Of a stretch of 64,000 bases of DNA, positions 35,401-47,400 are shown piece by piece. The position numbers were made by a program, and so were the translations under genes. A model generated the notes under the pieces. It was given only the letters and a program-made list of their open reading frames with translations. It did no database searches and was not told where the DNA came from. Each line of letters starts with the position of its first letter. Positions within the stretch are counted from its first letter, which is position 1. The stretch lies in assembly GCF_009914755.1 (NCBI RefSeq), contig NC_060926.1; one strand, written 5' to 3'. The DNA is from the human T2T-CHM13v2.0 reference genome, Homo sapiens.

Positions 35401-38400
35401 TTGGCTGGCTTGGATGGTCGGGTGACTTGGCTGGCTTGAGTGGCTGAGTGGATTGCCTAGCTTGGCTGGCCGGCTGGCTTGGCAGGCTGGCTGGCTTGGC
35501 TGGCTTGGCTCGCTGGCTGGCTGGCTGGCGGGCCTGGCTGGCTAGGTGGCTTGGCTGGCTTGGCTGGCTGGGTGGCTTGGCTGGTTTTGCTGGCTGGGAG
35601 GCTTGGCTGTCTTGGCTGGCTGGCTGGCTGACTGACTTGGCTGGCTTGGCTGGCTTGGCTGGCTTGGCTGGCTGGCTTGGATGGCCGGGTGGCTTGTCTG
35701 GCTTGGCTGGCCAGCTGGCTTAGCCGGCTGGATGGCTTGGCTGGCATGCCTGGCTTGGCTGGCTGGCTGGTTTTGCTGGCTTGGCTGCCTAGCTGGCTTG
35801 GCTGGCCTGCCTGGCTTTGCTTGCTGCCTGGCTTGGCTGGCTTGGCTGCCTGGCTGGCTTGGCTGGCATGCCTGTCTTGGCTGGCGGGCGGGCTTGACTG
35901 GCTTGGCTGGCTTGGCTGCCTGGCTGGCTTGGCTGGCTTGGCTAGCTGGCTGGCTGGCTGGCGGGCCTGGCTGGCTAGGTGGCTTGGCTGGCTTGGCTGG
36001 CTGGGTGGCTTGGCTGGTTTTGCTGGCTGGGAGGCTTGGCTGGCTTGGCTGGCTGGCTGGTTGACTGACTTGGCTGGCTTGGCTGGCTTGGCTGGCTGGC
36101 TTGGATGGCCGGGTGGCTTGTCTGGCTTGGCTGGCCAGCTGGCTTAGCCGGCTGGATGGCTTGGCTGGCATGCCTGGCTTGGCTGGGTGGCTGGTTTTGC
36201 TGGCTTGGCTGCCTGGCTGGCTTGGCTGGCCTGCCTGGCTTTGCTTGCTGCCTGGTTTGGCTGGCTTGGCTGCCTGGCTGGCTTGGCTGGCATGCCTGTC
36301 TTGGCTGGCTGGCGGGCTTGACTGGCTTGGCTGGCTTGGCTGCCTGGCTGGCTTGGCTGGCTTGGCTAGCTGGCTGGCTGGCTGGCGGGCCTGGCTGGCT
36401 AGGTGGCTTGGCTGGCTTGGCTGGCTGGGAGGATTGGCTGGCTTGGCTGGCTGGGAGGCTTGGCTGGCTTGGCTGGCTGGGTGGCTTGGCTGGCTTGGCT
36501 GGCTGGGAGGCTTCGCTGGCTTGGCTGTCTGGGAGGCTTGGCTGGCTGGGTGGCTGGCTGGCTTGGCTGGCTTGGCTGGCTTGGTTGGCTTGGGTGGCTG
36601 GCTGCCTGGCTGGCTGATTGGCTTGGCTGGCTTGGCTGGCTGGGTGTCTTGGCTGGCTGGGTGGCTTGGCTGGTTTGGCTAGCTTGCTGGCTGGGTAGCT
36701 TGGCTAGCTGGCTGGCTTGGCTGGTTGGCTGGCTTGGCTGGCTTGGCTAGCCGGCTGGCTTAGTTGGCTGGATGGCTTGGCTGGCATGCCTGGCTTGGCT
36801 GGCTGGCTGGCTTGGCTGGCTTGGCTGCCTGGCTGGCTTGGCTGACATGCCTGGCTTTGCTTGCTGGCTGGCTTGGCTGGCTTGGCTGCCTGGCTGGCTT
36901 GGCTAGCATGCCTGTCTTGGCTGGTTGGCGGGCTTGACTGGCTTGGCTGGCTTGGCTGGCTTGGCTGTCTGGGCTGGCTGACTGGCTTGGCTGGCTTGGA
37001 CGGTCGGGTGACTTGGCTGGCTTGAGTGGCTGAGTGGATTGCCTAGCTTGGCTGGCCGGCTGGCTTGGCAGGCTGGCTGGCTTGGCTGGCTTGGCTCGCT
37101 GGCTGGCTGGCTGGCGGGCCTGGCTGGCTAGGTGGCTTGGCTGGCTTGGCTGGCTGGGTGGCTTGGCTGGTTTTGCTGGCTGGGAGGCTTGTCTGTCTTG
37201 GCTGGCTGGCTGGCTGACTGACTTGGCTGGCTTGGCTGGCTTGGCTGGTTTGGCTGGCTGGCTTGGATGGCCGGGTGGCTTGTCTGGCTTGGCTGGCCAG
37301 CTGGCTTAGCCGGCTGGATGGCTTGGCTGGCATGCCTGGCTTGGCTGGCTGGCTGGTTTTTCTGGCTTGGCTGTCTAGCTGGCTTGGCTGGCCTGCCTGG
37401 CTTTGCTTGCTGCCTGGCTTGGCTGGCTTGGCTGCCTGGCTAGCTTGGCTGGCATGCCTGTCTTGGCTGGCTGGCGGGCTTGACTGGCTTGGCTGGCTTG
37501 GCTGCCTGGCTGGCTTGGCTGGCTTGGCTAGCTGGCTGGATGGCTGGCGGTCCTGGCTGGCTAGGTGGCTTGGCTGGCTTGGCTGGCTGGGAGGCTTGGC
37601 TGGCTTGGCTGGCTGGGAGGCTTGGCTGGCTTGGCTGGCTGGGTGGCTTGGCTGGCTTGGCTGGCTGGGAGGCTTGGCTGGCTTGGCTGGCTGGGTGGCT
37701 TGGCTGGCTGGGTGGCTTGGCTGGCTTGGCTAGCTGGCTGGCTGGGTAGCTTGGCTAGCTGGCTGGCTTGGCTGGTTGGCTGGCTTGGCTGGCTTGGCTA
37801 GCCGGCTGGCTTAGTTGGCTGGATGGCTTGGCTGGCATGCCTGGCTTGGCTGGCTGGCTGGCGTGGCTGGCTTGGCTGCCTGGCTGGCTTGGCTGACATG
37901 CCTGATTTTGCTTGCTGGCTGGCTTGGCTGGCTTGGCTGCCTGGCTGGCTTGGCTGCCTGGCTGGCTTGGCTAGCATGCCTGTCTTGGCTGGTTGGCGGG
38001 CTTGGCTGGCTTGGCTGGCTTGGCTGGCTTGGCTGTCTGGGCTGGCTGACTGGCTTGGCTGGCTTGGATGGTCGGGTGACTTGGCTGGCTTGAGTGGCTG
38101 AGTGGTTTGCCTAGCTTGGCTGGCCGGCTGGCTTGGCAGGCTGGCTGGCTTGGCTGGCTTGGCTCGCTGGCTGGCTGGCTGGCGGGCCTGGCTGGCTAGG
38201 TGGCTTGGCTGGCTTGGCTGGCTGGGTGGCTTGGCTGGTTTTGCTGGCTGGGAGGCTTGGCTGGCTTGGCTGGCTGGCTGCTTGACTGACTTGGCCGGCT
38301 TGGCTGGCTTGGCTGGCTTGGCTGGCTGGCCGGGTGGCTTGTCTGGCTTGGCTGGCCAGCTGGCTTACCCGGCTGGATGGCTTGGCTGGCATGCCTGGCT

Positions 38401-41400
38401 TGGCTGGCTGGCTGGTTTTGCTGGCTTGGCTGCCTGGCTGGCTTGGCTGGCCTGCCTGGCTTTGCTTGCTGCCTGGCTTGGCTGGCTTGGCTGCCTGGCT
38501 GGCTTGGCTGGCATGCCTGTCTTGGCTGGCTGGCGGGCTTGACTGGCTTGGCTGGCTTGGCTGCCTGGCTGGCTTGGCTGGCTTGGCTAGCTGGCTGGCT
38601 GGGTAGCTTGGCTAGCTGGCTGGCTTGGCTGGTTGGCTGGCTTGGCTGGCTTGGCTAGCCGGCTGGCTTAGTTGGCTGGATGGCTTGGCTGGCATGCCTG
38701 GCTTGGCTGGCTGGCTGGCTTGGCTGGCTTGGCTGCCTGGCTGGCTTGGCTGACATGCCTGGCTTTGCTTGCTGGCTGGCTTGGCTGGCTTGGCTGCCTG
38801 GCTGGCTTGGCTAGCATGCCTGTCTTGGCTGGTTGGCGGGCTTGGCTGGCTTGGCTGGCTTGGCTGGCTTGGCTGTCTGGGCTGGCTGACTGGCTTGGCT
38901 GGCTTGGATGGTCGGGTGACTTGGCTGGCTTGAGTGGCTGAGTGGATTGCCTAGCTTGGCTGGCCGGCTGGCTTGGCAGGCTGGCTGGCTTGGCTGGCTT
39001 GGCTCGCTGGCTGGCTGGCTGGCGGGCCTGGCTGGCTAGGTGGCTTGGCTGGCTTGGCTGGCTGGGTGGCTTGGCTGGTTTTGCTGGCTGGGAGGCTTGG
39101 CTGTCTTGGCTGGCTGGCTGGCTGACTGACTTGGCTGGCTTGGCTGGCTTGGCTGGCTTGGCTGGCTGGCTTGGATGGCCGGGTGGCTTGTCTGGCTTGG
39201 CTGGCCAGCTGGCTTAGCCGGCTGGATGGCTTGGCTGGCATGCCTGGCTTGGCTGGCTGGCTGGTTTTGCTGGCTTGGCTGCCTAGCTGGCTTGGCTGGC
39301 CTGCCTGGCTTTGCTTGCTGCCTGGCTTGGCTGGCTTGGCTGCCTGGCTGGCTTGGCTGGCATGCCTGTCTTGGCTGGCGGGCGGGCTTGACTGGCTTGG
39401 CTGGCTTGGCTGCCTGGCTGGCTTGGCTGGCTTGGCTAGCTGGCTGGCTGGCTGGCGGGCCTGGCTGGCTAGGTGGCTTGGCTGGCTTGGCTGGCTGGGT
39501 GGCTTGGCTGGTTTTGCTGGCTGGGAGGCTTGGCTGGCTTGGCTGGCTGGCTGGTTGACTGACTTGGCTGGCTTGGCTGGCTTGGCTGGCTGGCTTGGAT
39601 GGCCGGGTGGCTTGTCTGGCTTGGCTGGCCAGCTGGCTTAGCCGGCTGGATGGCTTGGCTGGCATGCCTGGCTTGGCTGGGTGGCTGGTTTTGCTGGCTT
39701 GGCTGCCTGGCTGGCTTGGCTGGCCTGCCTGGCTTTGCTTGCTGCCTGGTTTGGCTGGCTTGGCTGCCTGGCTGGCTTGGCTGGCATGCCTGTCTTGGCT
39801 GGCTGGCGGGCTTGACTGGCTTGGCTGGCTTGGCTGCCTGGCTGGCTTGGCTGGCTTGGCTAGCTGGCTGGCTGGCTGGCGGGCCTGGCTGGCTAGGTGG
39901 CTTGGCTGGCTTGGCTGGCTGGGAGGATTGGCTGGCTTGGCTGGCTGGGAGGCTTGGCTGGCTTGGCTGGCTGGGTGGCTTGGCTGGCTTGGCTGGCTGG
40001 GAGGCTTCGCTGGCTTGGCTGTCTGGGAGGCTTGGCTGGCTGGGTGGCTGGCTGGCTTGGCTGGCTTGGCTGGCTTGGTTGGCTTGGGTGGCTGGCTGCC
40101 TGGCTGGCTGATTGGCTTGGCTGGCTTGGCTGGCTGGGTGTCTTGGCTGGCTGGGTGGCTTGGCTGGTTTGGCTAGCTTGCTGGCTGGGTAGCTTGGCTA
40201 GCTGGCTGGCTTGGCTGGTTGGCTGGCTTGGCTGGCTTGGCTAGCCGGCTGGCTTAGTTGGCTGGATGGCTTGGCTGGCATGCCTGGCTTGGCTGGCTGG
40301 CTGGCTTGGCTGGCTTGGCTGCCTGGCTGGCTTGGCTGACATGCCTGGCTTTGCTTGCTGGCTGGCTTGGCTGGCTTGGCTGCCTGGCTGGCTTGGCTAG
40401 CATGCCTGTCTTGGCTGGTTGGCGGGCTTGACTGGCTTGGCTGGCTTGGCTGGCTTGGCTGTCTGGGCTGGCTGACTGGCTTGGCTGGCTTGGACGGTCG
40501 GGTGACTTGGCTGGCTTGAGTGGCTGAGTGGATTGCCTAGCTTGGCTGGCCGGCTGGCTTGGCAGGCTGGCTGGCTTGGCTGGCTTGGCTCGCTGGCTGG
40601 CTGGCTGGCGGGCCTGGCTGGCTAGGTGGCTTGGCTGGCTTGGCTGGCTGGGTGGCTTGGCTGGTTTTGCTGGCTGGGAGGCTTGTCTGTCTTGGCTGGC
40701 TGGCTGGCTGACTGACTTGGCTGGCTTGGCTGGCTTGGCTGGTTTGGCTGGCTGGCTTGGATGGCCGGGTGGCTTGTCTGGCTTGGCTGGCCAGCTGGCT
40801 TAGCCGGCTGGATGGCTTGGCTGGCATGCCTGGCTTGGCTGGCTGGCTGGTTTTTCTGGCTTGGCTGTCTAGCTGGCTTGGCTGGCCTGCCTGGCTTTGC
40901 TTGCTGCCTGGCTTGGCTGGCTTGGCTGCCTGGCTAGCTTGGCTGGCATGCCTGTCTTGGCTGGCTGGCGGGCTTGACTGGCTTGGCTGGCTTGGCTGCC
41001 TGGCTGGCTTGGCTGGCTTGGCTAGCTGGCTGGATGGCTGGCGGTCCTGGCTGGCTAGGTGGCTTGGCTGGCTTGGCTGGCTGGGAGGCTTGGCTGGCTT
41101 GGCTGGCTGGGAGGCTTGGCTGGCTTGGCTGGCTGGGTGGCTTGGCTGGCTTGGCTGGCTGGGAGGCTTGGCTGGCTTGGCTGGCTGGGTGGCTTGGCTG
41201 GCTGGGTGGCTTGGCTGGCTTGGCTAGCTGGCTGGCTGGGTAGCTTGGCTAGCTGGCTGGCTTGGCTGGTTGGCTGGCTTGGCTGGCTTGGCTAGCCGGC
41301 TGGCTTAGTTGGCTGGATGGCTTGGCTGGCATGCCTGGCTTGGCTGGCTGGCTGGCGTGGCTGGCTTGGCTGCCTGGCTGGCTTGGCTGACATGCCTGAT

Positions 41401-44400
41401 TTTGCTTGCTGGCTGGCTTGGCTGGCTTGGCTGCCTGGCTGGCTTGGCTGCCTGGCTGGCTTGGCTAGCATGCCTGTCTTGGCTGGTTGGCGGGCTTGGC
41501 TGGCTTGGCTGGCTTGGCTGGCTTGGCTGTCTGGGCTGGCTGACTGGCTTGGCTGGCTTGGATGGTCGGGTGACTTGGCTGGCTTGAGTGGCTGAGTGGT
41601 TTGCCTAGCTTGGCTGGCCGGCTGGCTTGGCAGGCTGGCTGGCTTGGCTGGCTTGGCTCGCTGGCTGGCTGGCTGGCGGGCCTGGCTGGCTAGGTGGCTT
41701 GGCTGGCTTGGCTGGCTGGGTGGCTTGGCTGGTTTTGCTGGCTGGGAGGCTTGGCTGGCTTGGCTGGCTGGCTGCTTGACTGACTTGGCCGGCTTGGCTG
41801 GCTTGGCTGGCTTGGCTGGCTGGCCGGGTGGCTTGTCTGGCTTGGCTGGCCAGCTGGCTTACCCGGCTGGATGGCTTGGCTGGCATGCCTGGCTTGGCTG
41901 GCTGGCTGGTTTTGCTGGCTTGGCTGCCTGGCTGGCTTGGCTGGCCTGCCTGGCTTTGCTTGCTGCCTGGCTTGGCTGGCTTGGCTGCCTGGCTGGCTTG
42001 GCTGGCATGCCTGTCTTGGCTGGCTGGCGGGCTTGACTGGCTTGGCTGGCTTGGCTGCCTGGCTGGCTTGGCTGGCTTGGCTAGCTGGCTGGCTGGGTAG
42101 CTTGGCTAGCTGGCTGGCTTGGCTGGTTGGCTGGCTTGGCTGGCTTGGCTAGCCGGCTGGCTTAGTTGGCTGGATGGCTTGGCTGGCATGCCTGGCTTGG
42201 CTGGCTGGCTGGCTTGGCTGGCTTGGCTGCCTGGCTGGCTTGGCTGACATGCCTGGCTTTGCTTGCTGGCTGGCTTGGCTGGCTTGGCTGCCTGGCTGGC
42301 TTGGCTAGCATGCCTGTCTTGGCTGGTTGGCGGGCTTGGCTGGCTTGGCTGGCTTGGCTGGCTTGGTTGTCTGGGCTGGCTGACTGGCTTGGCTGGCTTG
42401 GATGGTCGGGTGACTTGGCTGGCTTGAGTGGCTGAGTGGATTGCCTAGCTTGGCTGGCCGGCTGGCTTGGCAGGCTGGCTGGCTTGGCTGGCTTGGCTCG
42501 CTGGCTGGCTGGCTGGCGGGCCTGGCTGGCTAGGTGGCTTGGCTGGCTTGGCTGGCTGGGTGGCTTGGCTGGTTTTGCTGGCTGGGAGGCTTGGCTGGCT
42601 TGGCTGGCTGGCTGGCTGACTGACTTGGCTGGCTTGGCTGGCTTGGCTGGCTGGCTTGGATGGCCGGGTGGCTTCTCTGGCTTGGCTGGCCAGCTGGCTT
42701 AGCCGGCTGGATGGCTTGGCTGGCATGCCTGGCTTGGCTGGCTGGCTGGTTTTGCTGGCTTGGCTGCCTGGCTGGCTTGGCTGGCCTGCCTGGCTTTGCT
42801 TGCTGCCTGGCTTGGCTGGCTTGGCTGCCTGGCTGGCTTGGCTGGCATGCCTGTCTTGGCTGGCTGGCAGGCTTGACTGGCTTGGCTGGCTTGGCTGCCT
42901 GGCTGGCTTGGCTGGCTTGGCTAGCTGGCTGGCTGGCTGGCGGGCCTGGCTGGCTAGGTGGCTTGGCTGGCTTGGCTGACTGGGTGGCTTGGCTGGCTTG
43001 GCTGGCTGGGAGGCTTGGCTGGCTTGGCTGGCTGGGTGGCTTGGCTGGCTTGGCTGGCTGGGTGGCTGGCTGGCTTGGCTGGCTTGGCTGGCTTGGCTGG
43101 CTTGGGTGGCTGGCTGCCTGGCTGGCTGATTGTCTTGGCTGGCTTGGCTGGCTGGGTGGCTTGGCTGGTTTGGCTAGCTTGCTGGCTGGGTAGCTTGGCT
43201 AGCTGGCTGGCTTGGCTGGTTGGCTGGCTTGGCTGGCTTGGCTAGCCGGCTGGCTTAGTTGGCTGGATGGCTTGGCTGGCATGCCTGGCTTGGCTGGCTG
43301 GCTGGCTTGGCTGACATGCCTGATTTTGCTTGCTGGCTGGCTTGGCTAGCTGGCTGGCTGGCTGGCGGGCCTGGCTGGCTAGGTGGCTTGGCTGGCTTGG
43401 CTGGCTGGGTGGCTTGGCTGGCTTGGCTGGCTGGGTGGCTTGGCTGGCTTGGCTGGCTGGGAGGCTTGGCTGGCTGGCGGGCTTGACTGGCTTGGCTGGC
43501 TTGGCTGCCTGGCTGGCTTGGCTGGCTTCGCTAGCTGGCTGGCTGGCTGGCGGGCTTGGCTGGCTAGGTGGCTTGGCTGGCTTGGCTGGCTGGCAGGCTT
43601 GGCTGGCTTGGCTGGCTGGGAGGCTTGGCTGGCTTGGCTGGCTGGGTGGCTTGGCTGGCTTGGCTGGCTGGGAGGCTTGGCTGGCTTGGCTGGCTGGGTG
43701 GCTTGGCTGGCTTGGCTGGCTGGGTGGCTGGCTGGCTTGGCTGGCTTTGCTGCCTTGGCTGGCTTGGGTGGCTGACTGCCTGGCTGGCTTGGCTGGCTTG
43801 GCTAGCTGGCTGGCTGGCTGGCGGTCCTGGCTGGCTAGGTGGCTTGGCTGGCTTGGCTGGCTGGGTGGCTGGCTGGCTTGGCTGGCTTGGGTGGCTGGCT
43901 GCCTGGCTGGCTGTTTGGCTTGGCTGGCTTGGCTGGCTGGGTGGCTTGGCTGGTTTGGCTAGCTGGCTGGCTGGGTAGCTTGGCTAGCTGGCTGGCTTGG
44001 CTGGTTGGCTGGCTTGGCTGGCTTGGCTAGCCGGCTGGCTTAGTTGGCTGGATGGCTTGGCTGGCATGCCTGGCTTGGCTGGCTGGCTGGCTTGGCTGGC
44101 TTGGCTGCCTGGCTGGTTTGGCTGACATGCCTGGCTTTGCTTGCTGTCTGGCTTGGCTGGGTTGGCTGCCTGGCTGGCTTGGCTGGCTTGGCTAGCTGGC
44201 TGGCTGGCTAGCGGGCCTGGCTGGCTAGGTGGCTTGGCTGGCTTGGCTGGCTGGGTGGCTTGGCTGTCTTGGCTGGCTGGGAGGCTTGGCTGGCTTGGCT
44301 GGCTGGGAGGCTTGGCTGGCTGGGTGGCTGGCTGGCTTGGCTGGCTTGGCTGGCTTGGCTGGCTTGGGTGGCTGGCTGCCTGGCTGGCTGATGGGCTTGG

Positions 44401-47400
44401 CTGGCTTGGCTGGCTGGGTGGCTTGGCTGGCTGGGTGGCTTGGCTGGTTTGGCTAGCTGGCTGGCTGGGTAGCTTGGCTAGCCGGCTGGCTTGGCTGGTT
44501 GGCTGGCTTGGCTGGCTTGGCTAGCCGGCTGGCTTAGTTGGCTGGATGGCTTGGCTGGCATGCCTGGCTTGGCTGGCTGGCTGGCGTGGCTGGCTTGGCT
44601 GCCTGGCTGGCTTGGCTGACATGCCTGGCTTTGCTTGCTGGCTGGCTTGGCTGGCTTGGCTGCCTGCCTGGCTTGGCTGCCTGGCTGGCTTGGCTAGCAT
44701 GCCTGTCTTGGCTGGTTGGCGGGCTTGGCTGGCTTGGCTGGCTTGGCTGGCTTGGCTGTCTGGGCTGGCTGACTGGCTTGGCTGGCTTGGATGTTCGGGT
44801 GACTTGGCTGGCTTGAGTGGCTGAGAGGATTGCCTAGCTTGGCTGGCCGGCTGGCTTGGCAGGCTGGCTGGCTTGGCTGGCTTGGCTCGCTGGCTGGCTG
44901 GCTGGCTGGCTGGCGGGCCTGGCTGGCTAGGTGGCTTGGCTGGCTTGGCTGGCTGGGTGGCTTGGCTGGTTTTGCTGGCTGGGAGGCTTGGCTGGCTTGG
45001 CTGGCTGGCTGGCTGACTGACTTGGCTGGCTTGGCTGGCTTGGCTGGCTGGCTTGGATGGCCGGGTGGCTTGTCTGGCTTGGCTGGCCAGCTGGCTTAGC
45101 CGCCTGGATGGCTTGGCTGGCATGCCTGGCTTGGCTGGCTGGCTGGTTTTGCTGGCTTGGCTGCCTGGCTGGCTTGGCTGGCCTGCCTGGCTTTGCTTGC
45201 TGCCTGGCTTGGCTGGCTTGGCTGCCTGGCTGGCTTGGCTGGCATGCCTGTCTTGGCTGGCTGGCGGGCTTGACTGGCTTGGCTGGCTTGGCTGCCTGGC
45301 TGGCTTGGCTGGCTTGGCTAGCTGGCTGGCTGGCTGGCGGGCCTGGCTGGCTAGGTGGCTTGGCTGGCTTGGCTGGCTGGGTGGCTTGTCTGGCTTGGCT
45401 GGCTGTGAGGCTTGGCTGGCTTGGCTGGCTGGGAGGCTTCGCTGGCTGGGTGGCTGGCTGGCTTGGCTGGCTTGGCTGGCTTGGGTGGCTGGCTGCCTGG
45501 CTGGCTGATGGGCTTGGCTGGCTTGGCTGGCTGGGTGGCTTGGCTGGCTGGGTGGCTTGGCTGGTTTGGCTAGCTGGCTGGCTGGGTAGCTTGGCTAGCT
45601 GGCTGGCTTGGCTGGTTGGCTGGCTTGGCTGGCTTGGCTAGCCGGCTGGCTTAGTTGGCTGGATGGCTTGGCTGGCATGCCTGGCTTGGCTGGCGTGGCT
45701 GGCTTGGCTGCCTAGCTGGCTTGGCTGACATGCCTGGCTTTGCTTGCTGGCTGGCTTGGCTGGCTTGGCTGCCTGGCTGGCTTGGCTGTCTGGCTGGCTT
45801 GGCTAGCATGCCTGTCTTGGCTGGTTGGCGGGCTTGGCTGGCTTGGCTGGCTTGGCTGGCTTGGCTGTCTGGGCTGGCTGACTGGCTTGGCTGGCTTGGA
45901 TGGTCGGGTGACTTGGCTGGCTTGAGTGGCTCAGTGGATTGCCTAGCTTGGCTGGCCGGCTGGCTTGGCAGGCTGGCTGGCTTGGCTGGCTGGGTGGCTT
46001 GGCTGGTTTTGCTGGCTGGGAGGCTTGGCTGGCTTGGCTGGCTGGCTGGTTGACTGACTTGGCTGGCTTGGCTGGCTTGGCTGGCTTGGCTGGCTGGCTT
46101 GGATGGCCGGGTGGCTTGTCTGGCTTGGCTGGCCAGCTGGCTTAGCCGGCTGGATGGCTTGGCTGGCATGCCTGGCTTGGCTGGCTGGCTGGTTTTGCTG
46201 GCTTGGCTGCCTAGCTGGCTTGGCTGGCCTGCCTGGCTTTGCTTGCTGCCTGGCTTGGCTGGCTTGGCTGCCTGGCTGGCTTGGCTGGCATGCCTGTCTT
46301 GGCTGGCTGGCGGGCTTGACTGGCTTGGCTGGCTTGGCTGCCTGGCTGGCTTGGCTGGCTTGGCTAGCTGGCTGGCTGGCTGGCGGGCCTGGCTGGCTAG
46401 GTGGCTTGGCTGGCTTGGCTGGCTGGGTGGCTTGGCTTGCTTGGCTGGCTGGGAGGCTTGGCTGGCTTGGCTGGCTGGGAGGCTTGGCTGGCTGGGTGGC
46501 TGGCTGGCTTGCCTGGCTTTGCTGGCTTGGCTGGCTTGGGTGGCTGGCTGCCTGGCTGGCTGATGGGCTTGGCTGGCTTGGCTGGCTGGGTGGCTTGGCT
46601 GGTTTGGCTAGCTGGCTGGCTGGGTAGCTTGGCTAGCCGGCTGGCTTGGCTGGTTGGCTGGCTTGGCTGGCTTGGCTGGCTTGGCTGTCTGGGCTGGCTG
46701 ACTGGCTTGGCTGGCTTGGATGTTCGGGTGACTTGGCTGGCTTGAGTGGCTGAGTGGATTGCCTAGCTTGGCTGGCCGGCTGGCTTGGCAGGCTGGCTGG
46801 CTTGGCTGGCTTGGCTCGCTGGCTGGCTGGCTGGCTGGCTGGCGGGCCTGGCTGGCTAGGTGGCTTGGCTGGCTTGGCTGGCTGGGTGGCTTGGCTGGTT
46901 TTGCTGGCTGGGAGGCTTGGCTGGCTTGGCTGGCTGGCTGGCTGACTGACTTGGCTGGCTTGGCTGGCTTGGCTGGCTGGCTTGGATGGCCGGGTGGCTT
47001 GTCTGGCTTGGCTGGCCAGCTGGCTTAGCCGGGGGGATGGCTTGGCTGGCATGCCTGGCTTGGCTGGCTGGCTGGTTTTTCTGGCTTGGCTGCCTAGCTG
47101 GCTTGGCTGGCCTGCCTGGCTTTGCTTGCTGCCTGGCTTGGCTGGCTTGGCTGCCTGGCTGGCTTGGCTGGCATGCCTGTCTTGGCTGCCTGGCGGGCTT
47201 GACTGGCTTGGCTGGCTTGGCTGCCTGGCTGGCTTGGCTGGCTTGGCTGGCTAGGTGGCTTGGCTGGTTTGGCTAGCTGGCTGGCTGGGTAGCTTGGCTA
47301 GCCGGCTGGCTTGGCTGGTTGGCTGGCTTGGCTGGCTTGGCTAGCCGGCTGGCTTAGTTGGCTGGATGGCTTGGCTGGCATGCCTGGCTTGGCTGGCTGG

